A stretch of 64,000 nucleotides of DNA from the NCBI GenBank assembly GCA_964016885.1, contig OZ024742.1:64976001-65040000 (forward strand), written 5' to 3'. Both the position numbers and the translations under genes were made by a program. Positions 13,889 to 25,076 of the stretch are shown piece by piece. Source of the stretch: Eledone cirrhosa (taxonomy: Eukaryota). Below the pieces are notes generated by a model. The model had not been told where the DNA came from and made no database searches. It saw nothing but the letters and a program-made list of their open reading frames with translations. Each line of letters starts with the position of its first letter. Position 1 is the first letter of the stretch.

Positions 13889-13891
<3 letters not shown>
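11991..13891 (+). mobile_element. Penelope-like (Neptune-type) element 3' part: GIY-YIG, C-rich 3' region, hammerhead
   Basis: Frames read PGSFPCSRPRCNTCPHI, then SCTSSNLVY*ISCTECSATYVGQTGRRLADRFTEHLRDIR...EQRTIFTLQT..PPGLN. About 1.4 kb of CA-rich low-complexity sequence follows, then a hammerhead and AATAAA before the TA array. Confidence 0.85.
13813..13882 (+). ncRNA. Minimal PLE-type hammerhead ribozyme motif
   Basis: CTGAAGA-A-GGGC-ttat-GCCC-GAAAC-GTC. The 5' tttcac can pair with downstream gtgaaa (13877-13882). Confidence 0.75.
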
Positions 13892-13927
<36 letters not shown>

Positions 13928-13931
<4 letters not shown>

Positions 13932-14580
13932 TAATCATCATCATCGTTTAACGTCCATTTTCCACGCTAGCATGGGTCTGGACAGGAATTGTCCCACTTG
14001 AGGCAAGATTGATTGTCTTGCTCGTATAGGACTGTCTGGCGGGTTTTCTACGGCTGGATGCCCTTCCTAACACCAACCACATTTACAGTGTGGACTGGGA
14101 GGTTTTTACCGTGTTACCTACACGGCCACATTACAGCGTGGACTGTGTGTTTTTTTGTCGTGACACTGACATGACCTCATTTATTTTGGACTGGATGTTG
14201 TGGTACCAACATAACTGGTGTAGATGGCGGTGGGGGTAAGGTTAGTGGGACCGGGGTGTATTTTGGTTAAGAGGTGCCTACTGACTAGGTTTCGCTTACT
14301 ATTTAGGCAAGGCGGGTCTTCTGTATTACTGTGTAGCGCCAAAGATCTCGGTCCAGTGACATTGTCTTGGAGAGGTGTAAGTGTGTGAGGTTGGATTTTA
14401 TCAAGTCGTCCCAGGTTTTTCTGGGTCTGCCTACTCTGTAGCTACCGTCTATTTTGATCGCCCTGCACTTTTTTATACAGCTGTCATCTTTCATGCGCTT
14501 CACGTGACCATACCAACGTAGTCTTCTCTCGAGTAAACAGCATCTGATCCCTCTTATTCCTAATTTCTCACTTAGTTCAT
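13928..14580 (-). mobile_element. RTE family A-related 3' fragment
   Basis: ORF 14303..14503 ([11 protein letters not shown]...KTRLA), 3'UTR and (GAT)n tail. Confidence 0.9.
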
Positions 14581-14949
14581 TTATTATTAGAAAGTGAGGT
14601 TTTTTTTTACAAAATGAAAAATAACCGAGGTGTCCTACATGAGTGAAAGTATAAGGAAAAAAGTTGAAATCGAAAATGCAACTGGAGTCTTATGTAAAAA
14701 AAAATATATATATTTATTTGGTTCCTTTACCGGTTTCGCAGTTCTTCTGCTTTTCAAAAGTAGAGTTGAGATGGAGGGGCTGTGGTTTTTCTCACATTCT
14801 TGGATACTATTTCTCACATTCTTGGATACTATCCAAGAAAAACTTGAACCGTTAGGTATCTTTTCTTGGTTATGTCAAAATTCATAAAACAATCTTTGTA
14901 TTTAATCTGATGAGTGCGTACCAAACTGTTTTGGTACCCTTGAAATGTG

Positions 14950-15225
<276 letters not shown>

Positions 15226-15226
15226 A

Positions 15227-15575
15227 TGGAGGCACATGGCTTAGTGGTTAGAGCATTGGCCTTGCAATCGAAAGGTTGTGAGTTCAATTCTCAGACCGGG
15301 TGATGTGTTGTTTCCTTGAGCAAGACACTTTATTTCACATTGCTCCAGTTTACTCAGCTGTAGAAATGAGATGATAGGGACTGGGGTCCATATCATTCCA
15401 CTGCAAAGTGGTCGTGGAAGTGCCACGGCAAAAAAGCACCCAGCACTCATTGTAAATGTGGTTGGTGTTAGGAAGGGCATCCAGCTGTAGAAATTAAGCC
15501 AGAATCAGTTCCCGTCCCACCCTTGCAAGCAGGGAAAAAGCGGACGTAAAATGAAATGATGATGATGAATGATGA
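15227..15575 (+). mobile_element. tRNA-derived SINE with CORE-like domain and RTE-derived tail
   Basis: A box TGGCTTAGTGG, B box GTTCAATTC, CORE-like CCTTGAGCAAGACACTT...CAGTTTACTCAGCTGTAGAAATG, tail CCCACCCTTGCAAGCAGG...GGACGTAAAATGA(TGA)n. Near-identical copy at 43380. Confidence 0.9.
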
Positions 15576-15636
15576 TATATATATGTGTATATATATGTAT
15601 ATATATATGTATATGTATATATGTATATATATATAT

Positions 15637-15682
<46 letters not shown>

Positions 15683-15683
15683 G

Positions 15684-16235
15684 TATCATCATCATCATCA
15701 TCACCGTTTTACGTCCGTTCTTCCATGCTAGCATGGGTTAGACGGGTTGTCCTGTTGTGGGCAGTGTCTGGTCGGCTGACCATGCCTTGCTCATACAGGA
15801 ACTGATTTTGGTTTGATTTCTACAGCTGGATGCCCTTCCTAACACCAACCTCATTTACAGTGAGTGCTGGGTGCTTTTTTCCATAGCGCCTACACATCCA
15901 CTTTACAGTTTGGGCTGTCTATATGCTTCAGCTTGTACCCATGAGAGGTCGGATACTCTGTATTACTGTGTGACGCCAGAGGTCATGGTCGTGTGTCATC
16001 GCCTTTGAGAGGTGCAATTGGGTAAGGTCGGCTTTTATCACCTCATCCCAGGTCTTCTTGGGTCTCCCAACTCCGCGGTTTCCATCAAGCCAAAATCAGC
16101 CAAGATCAAGCCAAAATCAGTTCCTGTATGAGCAAGGCATGGTCAGCCGACCAGACACTGCCCACAACAGGACAACCCATCTAATCCATGCTAGCATGGA
16201 AGAACGGACGTAAAACGGTGATGATGATGATGATA
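15684..16235 (-). mobile_element. RTE (family C) 3' fragment joined to an inverted copy of its own 3' end
   Basis: Minus-strand GVGRPKKTWDEVI...WRHTVIQ at ~15960-16085. 15684-15810 is the reverse complement of 16111-16235. Confidence 0.85.
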
Positions 16236-16310
16236 TGTATATATATATATGTGTGTATATATATGTGTATATATATATATATATATATACACATATATAT
16301 ATATATATAT

Positions 16311-16395
<85 letters not shown>

Positions 16396-16441
16396 TATAC
16401 ACATATATATATGTATATATATATATATGTGTATATATATA

Positions 16442-16510
<69 letters not shown>

Positions 16511-16577
16511 ATATATATATATATGTGTATATATATATATATGTGTGTATATATATATATGTGTGTATATATATATA

Positions 16578-16618
<41 letters not shown>

Positions 16619-16643
16619 ATATATATGTGTTTATATATATATA

Positions 16644-16702
<59 letters not shown>

Positions 16703-16741
16703 ATATATATATATGTGTAAATATATATATATATATGTGTG

Positions 16742-16782
<41 letters not shown>

Positions 16783-16830
16783 ATATATATATATATATGT
16801 GTATGTATATATATATATATGTGTGTATCT
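16236..16830. repeat. (TA)n/(TG)n compound microsatellite
   Basis: Directly visible. Confidence 0.97.
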
Positions 16831-17025
16831 ATCTATCTAAGGCGGGTAAAATTCCCGAGATCCATGGACGAGTTCTCTCCAGCGGTCTCTGTCCCTCATT
16901 ATCGCTGCCATATCCTGCATCTCCAACAGACCAGTGTCTGTCCTTAGGGCATCAACATATGTTAACCTTGGTCTTCCTCTTCTAGTGTGTCCATGTAGGG
17001 GCTCCCAAAGGAGCACTGAGTGCAA
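16830..17025 (-). mobile_element. RTE-like family D 3' fragment with (GATA)n tail
   Basis: [23 protein letters not shown]...RDRWR. Same as 29525-29680 and 35278-35870. Confidence 0.85.
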
Positions 17026-17189
17026 TATATGTGTGTATATATATATATATGTGTGTATATAAATATATATATATATATATACACATATATGTGTATATAT
17101 ATATACATATATATTTATATATATATATATGTGTATATAAATATATATATATATTTATATATATATATATATTTATATATATATAATGT

Positions 17190-17690
17190 ATATATATAAA
17201 ATAAAGTTAAATAAAAAGTCAAATGTTTATAATTTAGCTTCGTTTATTACTGCTATATATATTTCAGTGACAGCCATCTTTGGCCGTGACCTCTTCAGGC
17301 AGTCCGAATTAGTGTGGTATAGACAAGTACATATGTTGTTGAGGTGTATAATTTTGTCAATACTCTGATATGCCCAGTTCCTGGTTGGGTTATTATTTCA
17401 CTGAGGAACTGGAATCATATGAATTCAAACAAACGAATTTCAGTGTCAAAGGGCCTCTTCTCCTCTCATTGGTCAGTTGTTAGAACATTCCTCATTCTAA
17501 GTGTTGTTATTGTTGGAGTTAGCTTAAAAAATTGATAAAGTGGTAGAAGGACCAAGGTGGTAAAGGAACAAAATAACAAAAAAAAAAAAAAGAAAAAAGT
17601 GTCAAACTTCCCATTGGTCAGTTTTGAGAGCATTCCTCAGTCAGAAGTCTATAGAATTCTTTCTGGGGTGAGGCTCCCTGTAGTGTTTAT
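17190..17690 (-). mobile_element. Non-coding pLTR/retrozyme-like unit
   Basis: About 500 bp between TA arrays, no credible ORF. Hammerhead followed directly by AATAAA on the minus strand. Confidence 0.6.
17249..17303 (-). ncRNA. Type I hammerhead ribozyme
   Basis: Minus strand actgc-CTGAAGA-ggtcacggcca-aaga-tggctgtcact-GAAA-tatata-TA-gcagt: 5-bp stem I, paired stem II, palindromic stem III. Confidence 0.8.
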
Positions 17691-17713
17691 ATATATATAT
17701 GTGTGTATATATA

Positions 17714-20700
17714 TATGGGTTTGGTACTAGAAACAAGGAAGGCTCCAGAATCCTGGAATTCTGTGATGCGAACAACCTAACTATCTGTAACACTAACTTC
17801 AAAAAACCACACAATCACTTGATCACCTACAGATCAGGAGAACATACCAGCCAGGTAGATCATATCCTTACCAGAAGACGTGACAGAGTGTCTGTTGTAA
17901 ACACTAAATCCCTCCCCCATGAAGAATGCACCTCCCAAGATAGACTGATAATTAGCGACCTCATAGTCAGGACGAGACATACTAGACAGCAGAAGAGGAC
18001 TATCCTCAGGAGAAAAATATGGAAGCTAAAGGATCTCACAGCCAGAAATAAATTTCAAAGCATATTACTTGATGCTTTCGACAGTAAGGAAGAGCAATTA
18101 GAGTCGTACAAGGTAGAGGAACAGTGGGAATTCCTGAAAGCAAACCTGCTGATGGCGGCAGACGAAGTCTGTGGCTGGAGCAGGCCTGTAGGCAGGAGGA
18201 GAGTAACATGGTGGTGGAACAGTAAGATGGAGGGGTCAATCAAGGCCAAAAAGCAGGCTTGGAAAGCATGGCGGGATGGGGGAAGTAGAGAAGACTATCA
18301 AGTGGCCAGGAGGGAAGCTAGGAGACAAGTGTACTTCGCAAGAAGGGAAGCAGAGGAAAGAAAGTTCAAGCATGTTCTACAACGCGAGGACCAAAAACGT
18401 GAGGTGTTCAGGATTGCTAGGCAATGTGTCAAGGAAAACCGTGATATTGTCGGGGAGAAGTGTGTACTTAAAGATGATGGCGTACTTGCCATCACTGACG
18501 CTGATAAGAAGGTAGCTTGGAAGTGTCACTACGAAAGGCTACTAAATGAGGAGAATAAATGGGAGAAAGACAGTCTCCCCCACATCGATCCAATAGAGGG
18601 ACCAGCAGTGTTAGTCGAAGGTAGTATAATAAGTAAGGCAATCAAAGATATGAAGATGGGTAAGGCGGCTGGGTTTTGGAAATAATTGCTGAGATGCTGA
18701 AAGCCTCCGGTACGGTGGGACACACCATGGTCACCCGGATAGTAAACCAAGTCATACAGAATGGGGTTGTTCCGAAGGACTGGAGCAGCAGCATCATCGT
18801 TAACTGTTACAAGGGTAAAGGAGACGCCCTAGATAGGAGTAACTATAGAGGCATTAAATTAATCGACCAGGTCATGAAGGTCACGGAAAAAGTAATAGCG
18901 CAACTAATCAGAGAGAGAATTGACCTAGATGAAATGCAGTTCGGGTTTGTGTCAGGCAAAAGTACCACAGACGCTCTTTTCATTGTACGAGAACTACAGG
19001 AGAAGTACCTAGCTAAAAGTAAACCCCTATACTTAGCTTTTGTCGACTTGGAGAAAGCCTTCGACAGAGTCCCCCGTTCCATTATCTGGTGGGCCCTTAG
19101 AAAACTAGGTGTTGACGAATGGTTGTGAGAGCCATACAAGCCATGTATAAAGAAACAGTCAGCAAGGTTAGAATTAACAACGAATATAGTGAAGAGTTTA
19201 GAGTAAAAGTTGGTGTCCATCAGGGCTCTGTTCTTAGCCCCCTACTATTTATTATTGCCCTTCAGGCTATAACAGAGGAGTTCAAGACCGGATGCCCATG
19301 GGAACTCCTATACGCAGATGATCTAACGCTCATAGCTGAATCAATGGCCGAGCTAGAGAAGAAATTCCAAACATGGAAGCACGGCCTAGAATCAAAAGGC
19401 CTTAAAATTAACCTGGCTAAGACTAAAGTTCTAGTTTGTAGGAAAGAAAATAAGGCGCCGGTCCCCTCCGGGAAATGGCCATGCTCAGTGTGTAGGAAAG
19501 GCGTAGGTAGAAACTCCATTTTATGTCCCAAATGTAAAGTATGGGTGCATAAAAGATGTAGTGGGATCACAGGTAAGCTAACTAAGAACACAGATTTTAC
19601 ATGTGGCCGGTGCTCTGGTGAAATAAGTAGCAGCAAGTGCCCACAAAATACTAACTCTTTCAATTGTGCAGAGGGTTCTATAGAAATAGTGGACAGCTTC
19701 CGTTACCTGGGTGACAAAATCAGCAGTGGGGGAGGGTGCTCTGAAAGTACAGTAGCTAGAGTCAGAACTGGATGGAAAAAGTTCAGAGAGCTTATACCAC
19801 TATTAGCCGCTAAAGGGTTCTCCCTAAAAATGAAAGGCAGGTTGTATGATGCCTGCATACGAACAGCAATGTTACATGGCAGTGAGACCTGGGCATTGTG
19901 TGCAGAGGATATATGCAGACTAGAGAGGAACGAAGCTTGCATGCTCCGCTGGATGTGTAATAGTAATATACGTGAACGGCAAAGCATAAACGAACTAAGG
20001 AAAAAATTAGAAATAAGAGGAATCAGATGTTGTTTACTCGAGAGAAGGCTACGTTGGTATGGTCACGTGATGCGCATGAAAGACGACAGCTGTATAACAA
20101 AGTGCAGGGCAATAAAGATAGATGGTAGCCACGGAGTAGGCAGACCCAGGAAAACCTGGGACGAGCTGATAAATTCTGACCTCACACACTTACACCTCTC
20201 CAAGACAATGTCACTGGACCGAGACCTTTGGCGGTACTCAGTAACAGAGAAGACCCGCCTTACCTAAATACAAAGTAAAACCTACTAGTCAGTAGGCATC
20301 TCTAACAAAATACACCCCCGTCCCACCCCATCCACACCGCCCCCTTCAATGCAAAGTTATGTTGGTGCCACAACATCCAGGCCGAAACAAACGAGATCGT
20401 GTAGGTGTCATGACAAAAAAACACACAGTCCACGCTGTAACGTGACCGTGTAGGCAACACAGTAAAAACCTCCCAGTCCCACACTGTAAATGTGGTTGGT
20501 GTTAGGAAGGGCATCCAGCTGTAGAAAACACGCCAGACAGTCCACGCTGTAATGTGGCCGTGTAGGCAACACAGTAAAAACCTCCCAGCCCCACACTGTA
20601 AATGTGGTTGGTGTTAGGAAGGGCATCCAGCTGTAGAAAACCCGCCAGACAGTCCTATGCGAGCAAGACAACCACTCTTGCCTCAAGTGGGAAAACCCCC

Positions 20701-20768
20701 GTCCAAACCCATGCAAGCGTGGAACAGGGACGTTAAACGATGATGATGATGATGATGATGATGATGAT
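17714..20768 (+). mobile_element. RTE LINE family A, 5'-truncated, two frameshifts
   Basis: ORFs 17699..18685, 18676..19128 and 19119..20267 tile the APE-RT protein. The 3'UTR has an internal ~118-bp duplication; (GAT)n tail. Confidence 0.95.
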
Positions 20769-20832
20769 ACATATATATATATATGTGTGTATATATATAT
20801 ATATGTGTATATATATATATACATATATATAT

Positions 20833-20870
<38 letters not shown>

Positions 20871-20907
20871 GTGTGTATATATATATATATATAAATATAT
20901 ATATATA

Positions 20908-21603
20908 TGTTGAGATTTTGGAAAGATCTATGTGTAACAGTATAGAAGCTCTTGTGCTTAAGCAACGACTCCGTTGGAGTGGTCACCTTGCCAGGATGAA
21001 GGATTCTAGAATACCAAAACAACTCTTTTATGGAGAGTTGGTTAAAGGAAAACAACCGCCACATAAACCAAAAAAGAGGTATAAGGATTCCTTGAAAGCC
21101 TCTCTGAAAGACGCTAACATCTCTGCTGATACATGGGAAAATATTGCTGCTGATCGTAATAAATGGAGAAAGACTGTATATGAGGGAAAAGTTGCCTTTG
21201 GGGCATCTTGAATCGCATACGAGAAAGTAAAGCGGGATGTGAGGAAGGGCATTGCTGTTGCACTTCCAGACGGAGAGGGTCCTCCTATGGTGCTGACATG
21301 CAGCGTCTGTGCGAGACTCTGCCTAAGCAAAGCTGGACTCGAAAGTCATCTTCGCAGTCATAAAGTAAGACCAGTGGTTGACTACCAGGCTGCTGTTAGA
21401 GATGCTACTCATCATGCTTGCCAAACATGTGGTAGAGAATGTAAATCAGCAGGAGGGCTCAAGCGACATGCAAAAGTACACGAACTCCAACCACAGCCGA
21501 CTATTCTCAGTGAATGTTTTGGTTGCCGACTCTGTGCAAGACATTTTAGATCATTGGCTGGGCTAAAAAGCCACATTCGATCGCAGCGCTGTTAGTTGCT
21601 ATC
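20908..21603 (+). mobile_element. RTE/BovB-like LINE 3' fragment with three C2H2-type zinc fingers
   Basis: [25 protein letters not shown]...KRYKDSLK, then in frame past a stop CSVC..H...H, CQTC..H...H, CRLC..H. A likely 3' end (ATACTCGATAACGAGGGGGCAGCCATC) lies at ~21888-21914. Confidence 0.8.
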
Positions 21604-21765
21604 GTGTGTGTGTGTGTGTGTGTTTATAGATATGCTTATGTGTGTGCGTGTATGTGTATATATATATGTATATTATTATTGTTATTATTATTATTATTAT
21701 TATTATTGTTAATAATGTATGTTTGTGTGTATATGTGTGTGTGTGTATATGTGTATGTATGTGTG

Positions 21766-21820
<55 letters not shown>

Positions 21821-21954
21821 CTTTTTTTTTTAAATTTTCTTTTTTATTTATTTATTAATATTTTTTTTTTTCTCCTCGTGCAATGCCCATACTCGATAAC
21901 GAGGGGGCAGCCATCATATACATATATATACATATGTGTATATATATATGTATA

Positions 21955-21985
<31 letters not shown>

Positions 21986-22074
21986 GTGTGTATATATATA
22001 TATATATATAGATATATATATTATATATATGTGTGTATATATATATATGTTTATATATATACATGTATATATAT

Positions 22075-22667
22075 ATTTTATAACATGTTATCCATGTGCA
22101 ACCTGCAGTATTCTTCTCCCCATTTTTTCACATATATTTACCTAAACTGCGATTCTGTTTTTCTCTCTCTCTCTCTTACTGCTCCCTCGTTCTCTCTGTT
22201 TCTCTTACTTTCTTTCGTCCCCTCTGTCATGTCAGTTAACACTTTCTCTCTACTGACCTCTTCCTCACACTTCCACTCACTCACTCACTGTTTCTCCCCT
22301 TCTCACTTCATCCCGTTCGCGACGAAAACAATTTCCTTCTTTCTTACATTGGATTCATCTCGAAAGGTCTAATTTCTACTCGCTCATATATTCACCCAGC
22401 TTATACTGATAGAATAACTATGAAGCTTGTGTCTCTTCCTATCTACGGTTAGCTTTCCTCTTTGTTGTTTACTTGTCTCACTCGCTTTACGCGTTTTAAT
22501 TGTCCTAATAACTTAATTTAGTTATTATTGCACCAACGTGAGGTATATGATTTTTAATGCAATGAAATATCTATGATCGTTGGCAAATCACTGATGAGGG
22601 ACTCATTTTATAACATGTTATCCATGTGCAACCTGCAGTATTCTTCTCCCCATTTTTTCACATATAT
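22075..22667 (+). repeat. 530-bp unit with ~63-bp terminal direct repeat (pLTR-like)
   Basis: ATTTTATAACATGTTATCC...TTCACATATAT occurs at 22075 and 22605; flanked by TA arrays. Confidence 0.6.
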
Positions 22668-22796
22668 ATATATATATACATGTGTATATATATATATATA
22701 CATATGTATACATATGTATATTTATATATGTGTTTATATATATATATACATGTATATATATATATATATATATACATATATATACATATGTCTATA

Positions 22797-23935
22797 AACG
22801 ATGTCTATAAAGGCGAGATTTGAAGGAGGTAGCTGTAGACCCCACATAGTACCACTTCTGGCTACCCGATTCGATAGTACACTTGTATATGATGTTGCGT
22901 TCAAGACACTGATTGTTCAATGGACACATTCCTGGTTGGACACAGTTACAGTTATAATTTTGCGTTGTTGTATTACCATGGATAATACAACAACGCCTTT
23001 ATAGACATCGTTACTCGATAAAACATGAAAACCAGCGTTATGTAACAATACTCGCAGACAAGGCTTGGCAGCTGCGCGAAAATAACCAACAATTTAACCT
23101 AAAATAGGATATAATAGCAGCTGCCCCTGCATAACCCCAAGGACAGGAATTTTGTAAATTGTGTATTATGGAATTATTTTGTATTATGAAATCCAAAAAT
23201 ATTTTATTAAATAACAGAATAGAGCGATCGTTATACTGTAACCATCGCTTGAAATCTACATTTTCATATTACAAACGCTACCAGGATTGTACGCCTGTCT
23301 CCATCTCAGTTTGATTGTCAAAATACATATTAACATTCTCTATTAGTCTTAATTCTAACAACTCTTCTATTCTTTACCATTTAATATAAACTGCTATAGA
23401 TAAAATGAGATTTCTTAATTCAATTCCCTAATGCATATACCAGCAGGCTACCAGCATTGTTGTTATACAGTAGCAGTGAAAATCTCCGCTTCCTTAATTG
23501 ACACTTTATATCTGTATTAATACTACTACACCAAATGACCAGCCCTGTCCATTGTTCAATTGGTCAAATATAGATTAAAATAGGTACTCCCAAAAATTCT
23601 TATTTAGATAAAATAAGCCATATACTCATTGTATTCTCAGTAACAACCTTCTATATACTTGTTTACCAGCAAATTGAATTGCCATCTGTCATATACTATC
23701 ACCTCTCTTCTTCCTTTCTTACAACTAATATAAATACTTCAATTTTTCTGATTTTTTCCAATTTATCCAATATCTCTGAAGAAGTGACAACTGATTATAC
23801 ATTTGCTATCGAATACTTGCTAACATTATATGATTACGCAAGCAGCGATACATAGGTATTCCGTCTGTTACAGAAACATATGTCAATACCTAATAAATTC
23901 CTTTATAAAAGCACTTTCATTTTATATTCATCTTT
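22797..23935 (+). mobile_element. Penelope-like remnant with inverted N-terminal half of GIY-YIG
   Basis: Minus 22797-22975 reads [51 protein letters not shown]. Plus from 22994 reads RLYRHRYSIKHE...FCKLCIME...LLNNRIERSLYCNHR. Hammerhead-like CTGAAGA...GAAACATATGTC at 23776-23884. Confidence 0.85.
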
Positions 23936-23974
23936 TCTATATATATATATATATATATACATATATATATACAC

Positions 23975-24005
<31 letters not shown>

Positions 24006-24016
24006 CATATATATAT

Positions 24017-24047
<31 letters not shown>

Positions 24048-24064
24048 AATCTATATATATATAC

Positions 24065-24109
<45 letters not shown>

Positions 24110-24114
<5 letters not shown>

Positions 24115-25076
24115 TGTTATACTTTGGGAGGGTCATGTTGCCAATAAGAAACACACGCACCAGTTGCTTTCACTTCAATTTAATTTATTAAATATTTATA
24201 AATTTACAAATTTATAAATTTCTGGTTGGTTGGTTGGTTCCACAACCAGATAGTTGTTTATATATATATAGTCATAGTTCTTTCGTCACACACTCTGTGA
24301 CCTCTTCAGTGACTGGGGATTTCTTTCTTCGTTTCTGTGCCTTTCCTTTCTTCTATCCTACGCCATTTTGTTTGTGTGTGGGTTGCGTGCTCAGTTTGCG
24401 CATGCGCCACATCCGGGTGTCTGTGTGTGTTTGTGTTCATTTTTCTATTTTTCTATTTATATTTTTCTATTTGTTTGTTTATTTATTTATTTATTGTTGG
24501 TTGGTTGTTTGTTCTATGTGTGTGTGTGTTTTCATTTTGTCCTTAATTGTAAGTTGTGATGTTGCTGTTCCACTCATATTTTCTATTTAATTTTGGTTTT
24601 AATTCTTTTATGCTTACTGCCTCTGTAATTTGCCTAAACATTGCGTCTTTCTTGTGTGTGGATTCTATTTTTATTTCTATGCTCTCTAATTTACCCCTGT
24701 GTTCTATCTTAGCATGTTGGTAGAGCACAGATGATTCTTTATTATCTTGGAGGTCTCGCCAGTGTTCATTTATTCGTTCCCCTATACTACGAGCTGTCTC
24801 ACCTATGTACACTACATTTTTGTTTCTACATTGTCCTTCAGTACATCTTATGCTATATACTACATTTCTAGTTTTACAGTTAATATGGGGGCTTATTTTA
24901 CAGGTTATACATTTCTTATCTATACATGAGGGTCTTTGGAACGGGTATGTCTTGCTAATAAGTGTTTTTACGGAGGTACCAGGTCTTTCTACTATCTTAA
25001 TATTGAGATTATGTTTCTTTAGGGCCCTTCTAAATTTGTAGGCTAGTTCGCCTCTAGGGGTTGTAATGTTCATCAA
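24110..25076 (-). mobile_element. Penelope-like element 3' portion (left arm of palindrome); GIY-YIG ORF 24543..25076
   Basis: CKTRNVVYSIRC...YIGETARSIGERINEH...RQITEAVSI..KPKLN, followed by pLTR. Confidence 0.9.
24270..24314 (-). ncRNA. Hammerhead ribozyme motif (left arm)
   Basis: Reverse complement of 25905-25949. Confidence 0.7.

Noticed and set aside
14582-14945. Possible DNA transposon or Helitron end with small hairpins
   Set aside because: No paired TIRs, TSD or CTRR terminus identifiable; left unassigned.
15227-15300. tRNA gene
   Set aside because: A/B boxes are present but it continues into a SINE core and tail, and it is multicopy.
22591-22640. Complete hammerhead at CTGATGAG
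   Set aside because: No GAAA or stem III follows at a suitable distance.
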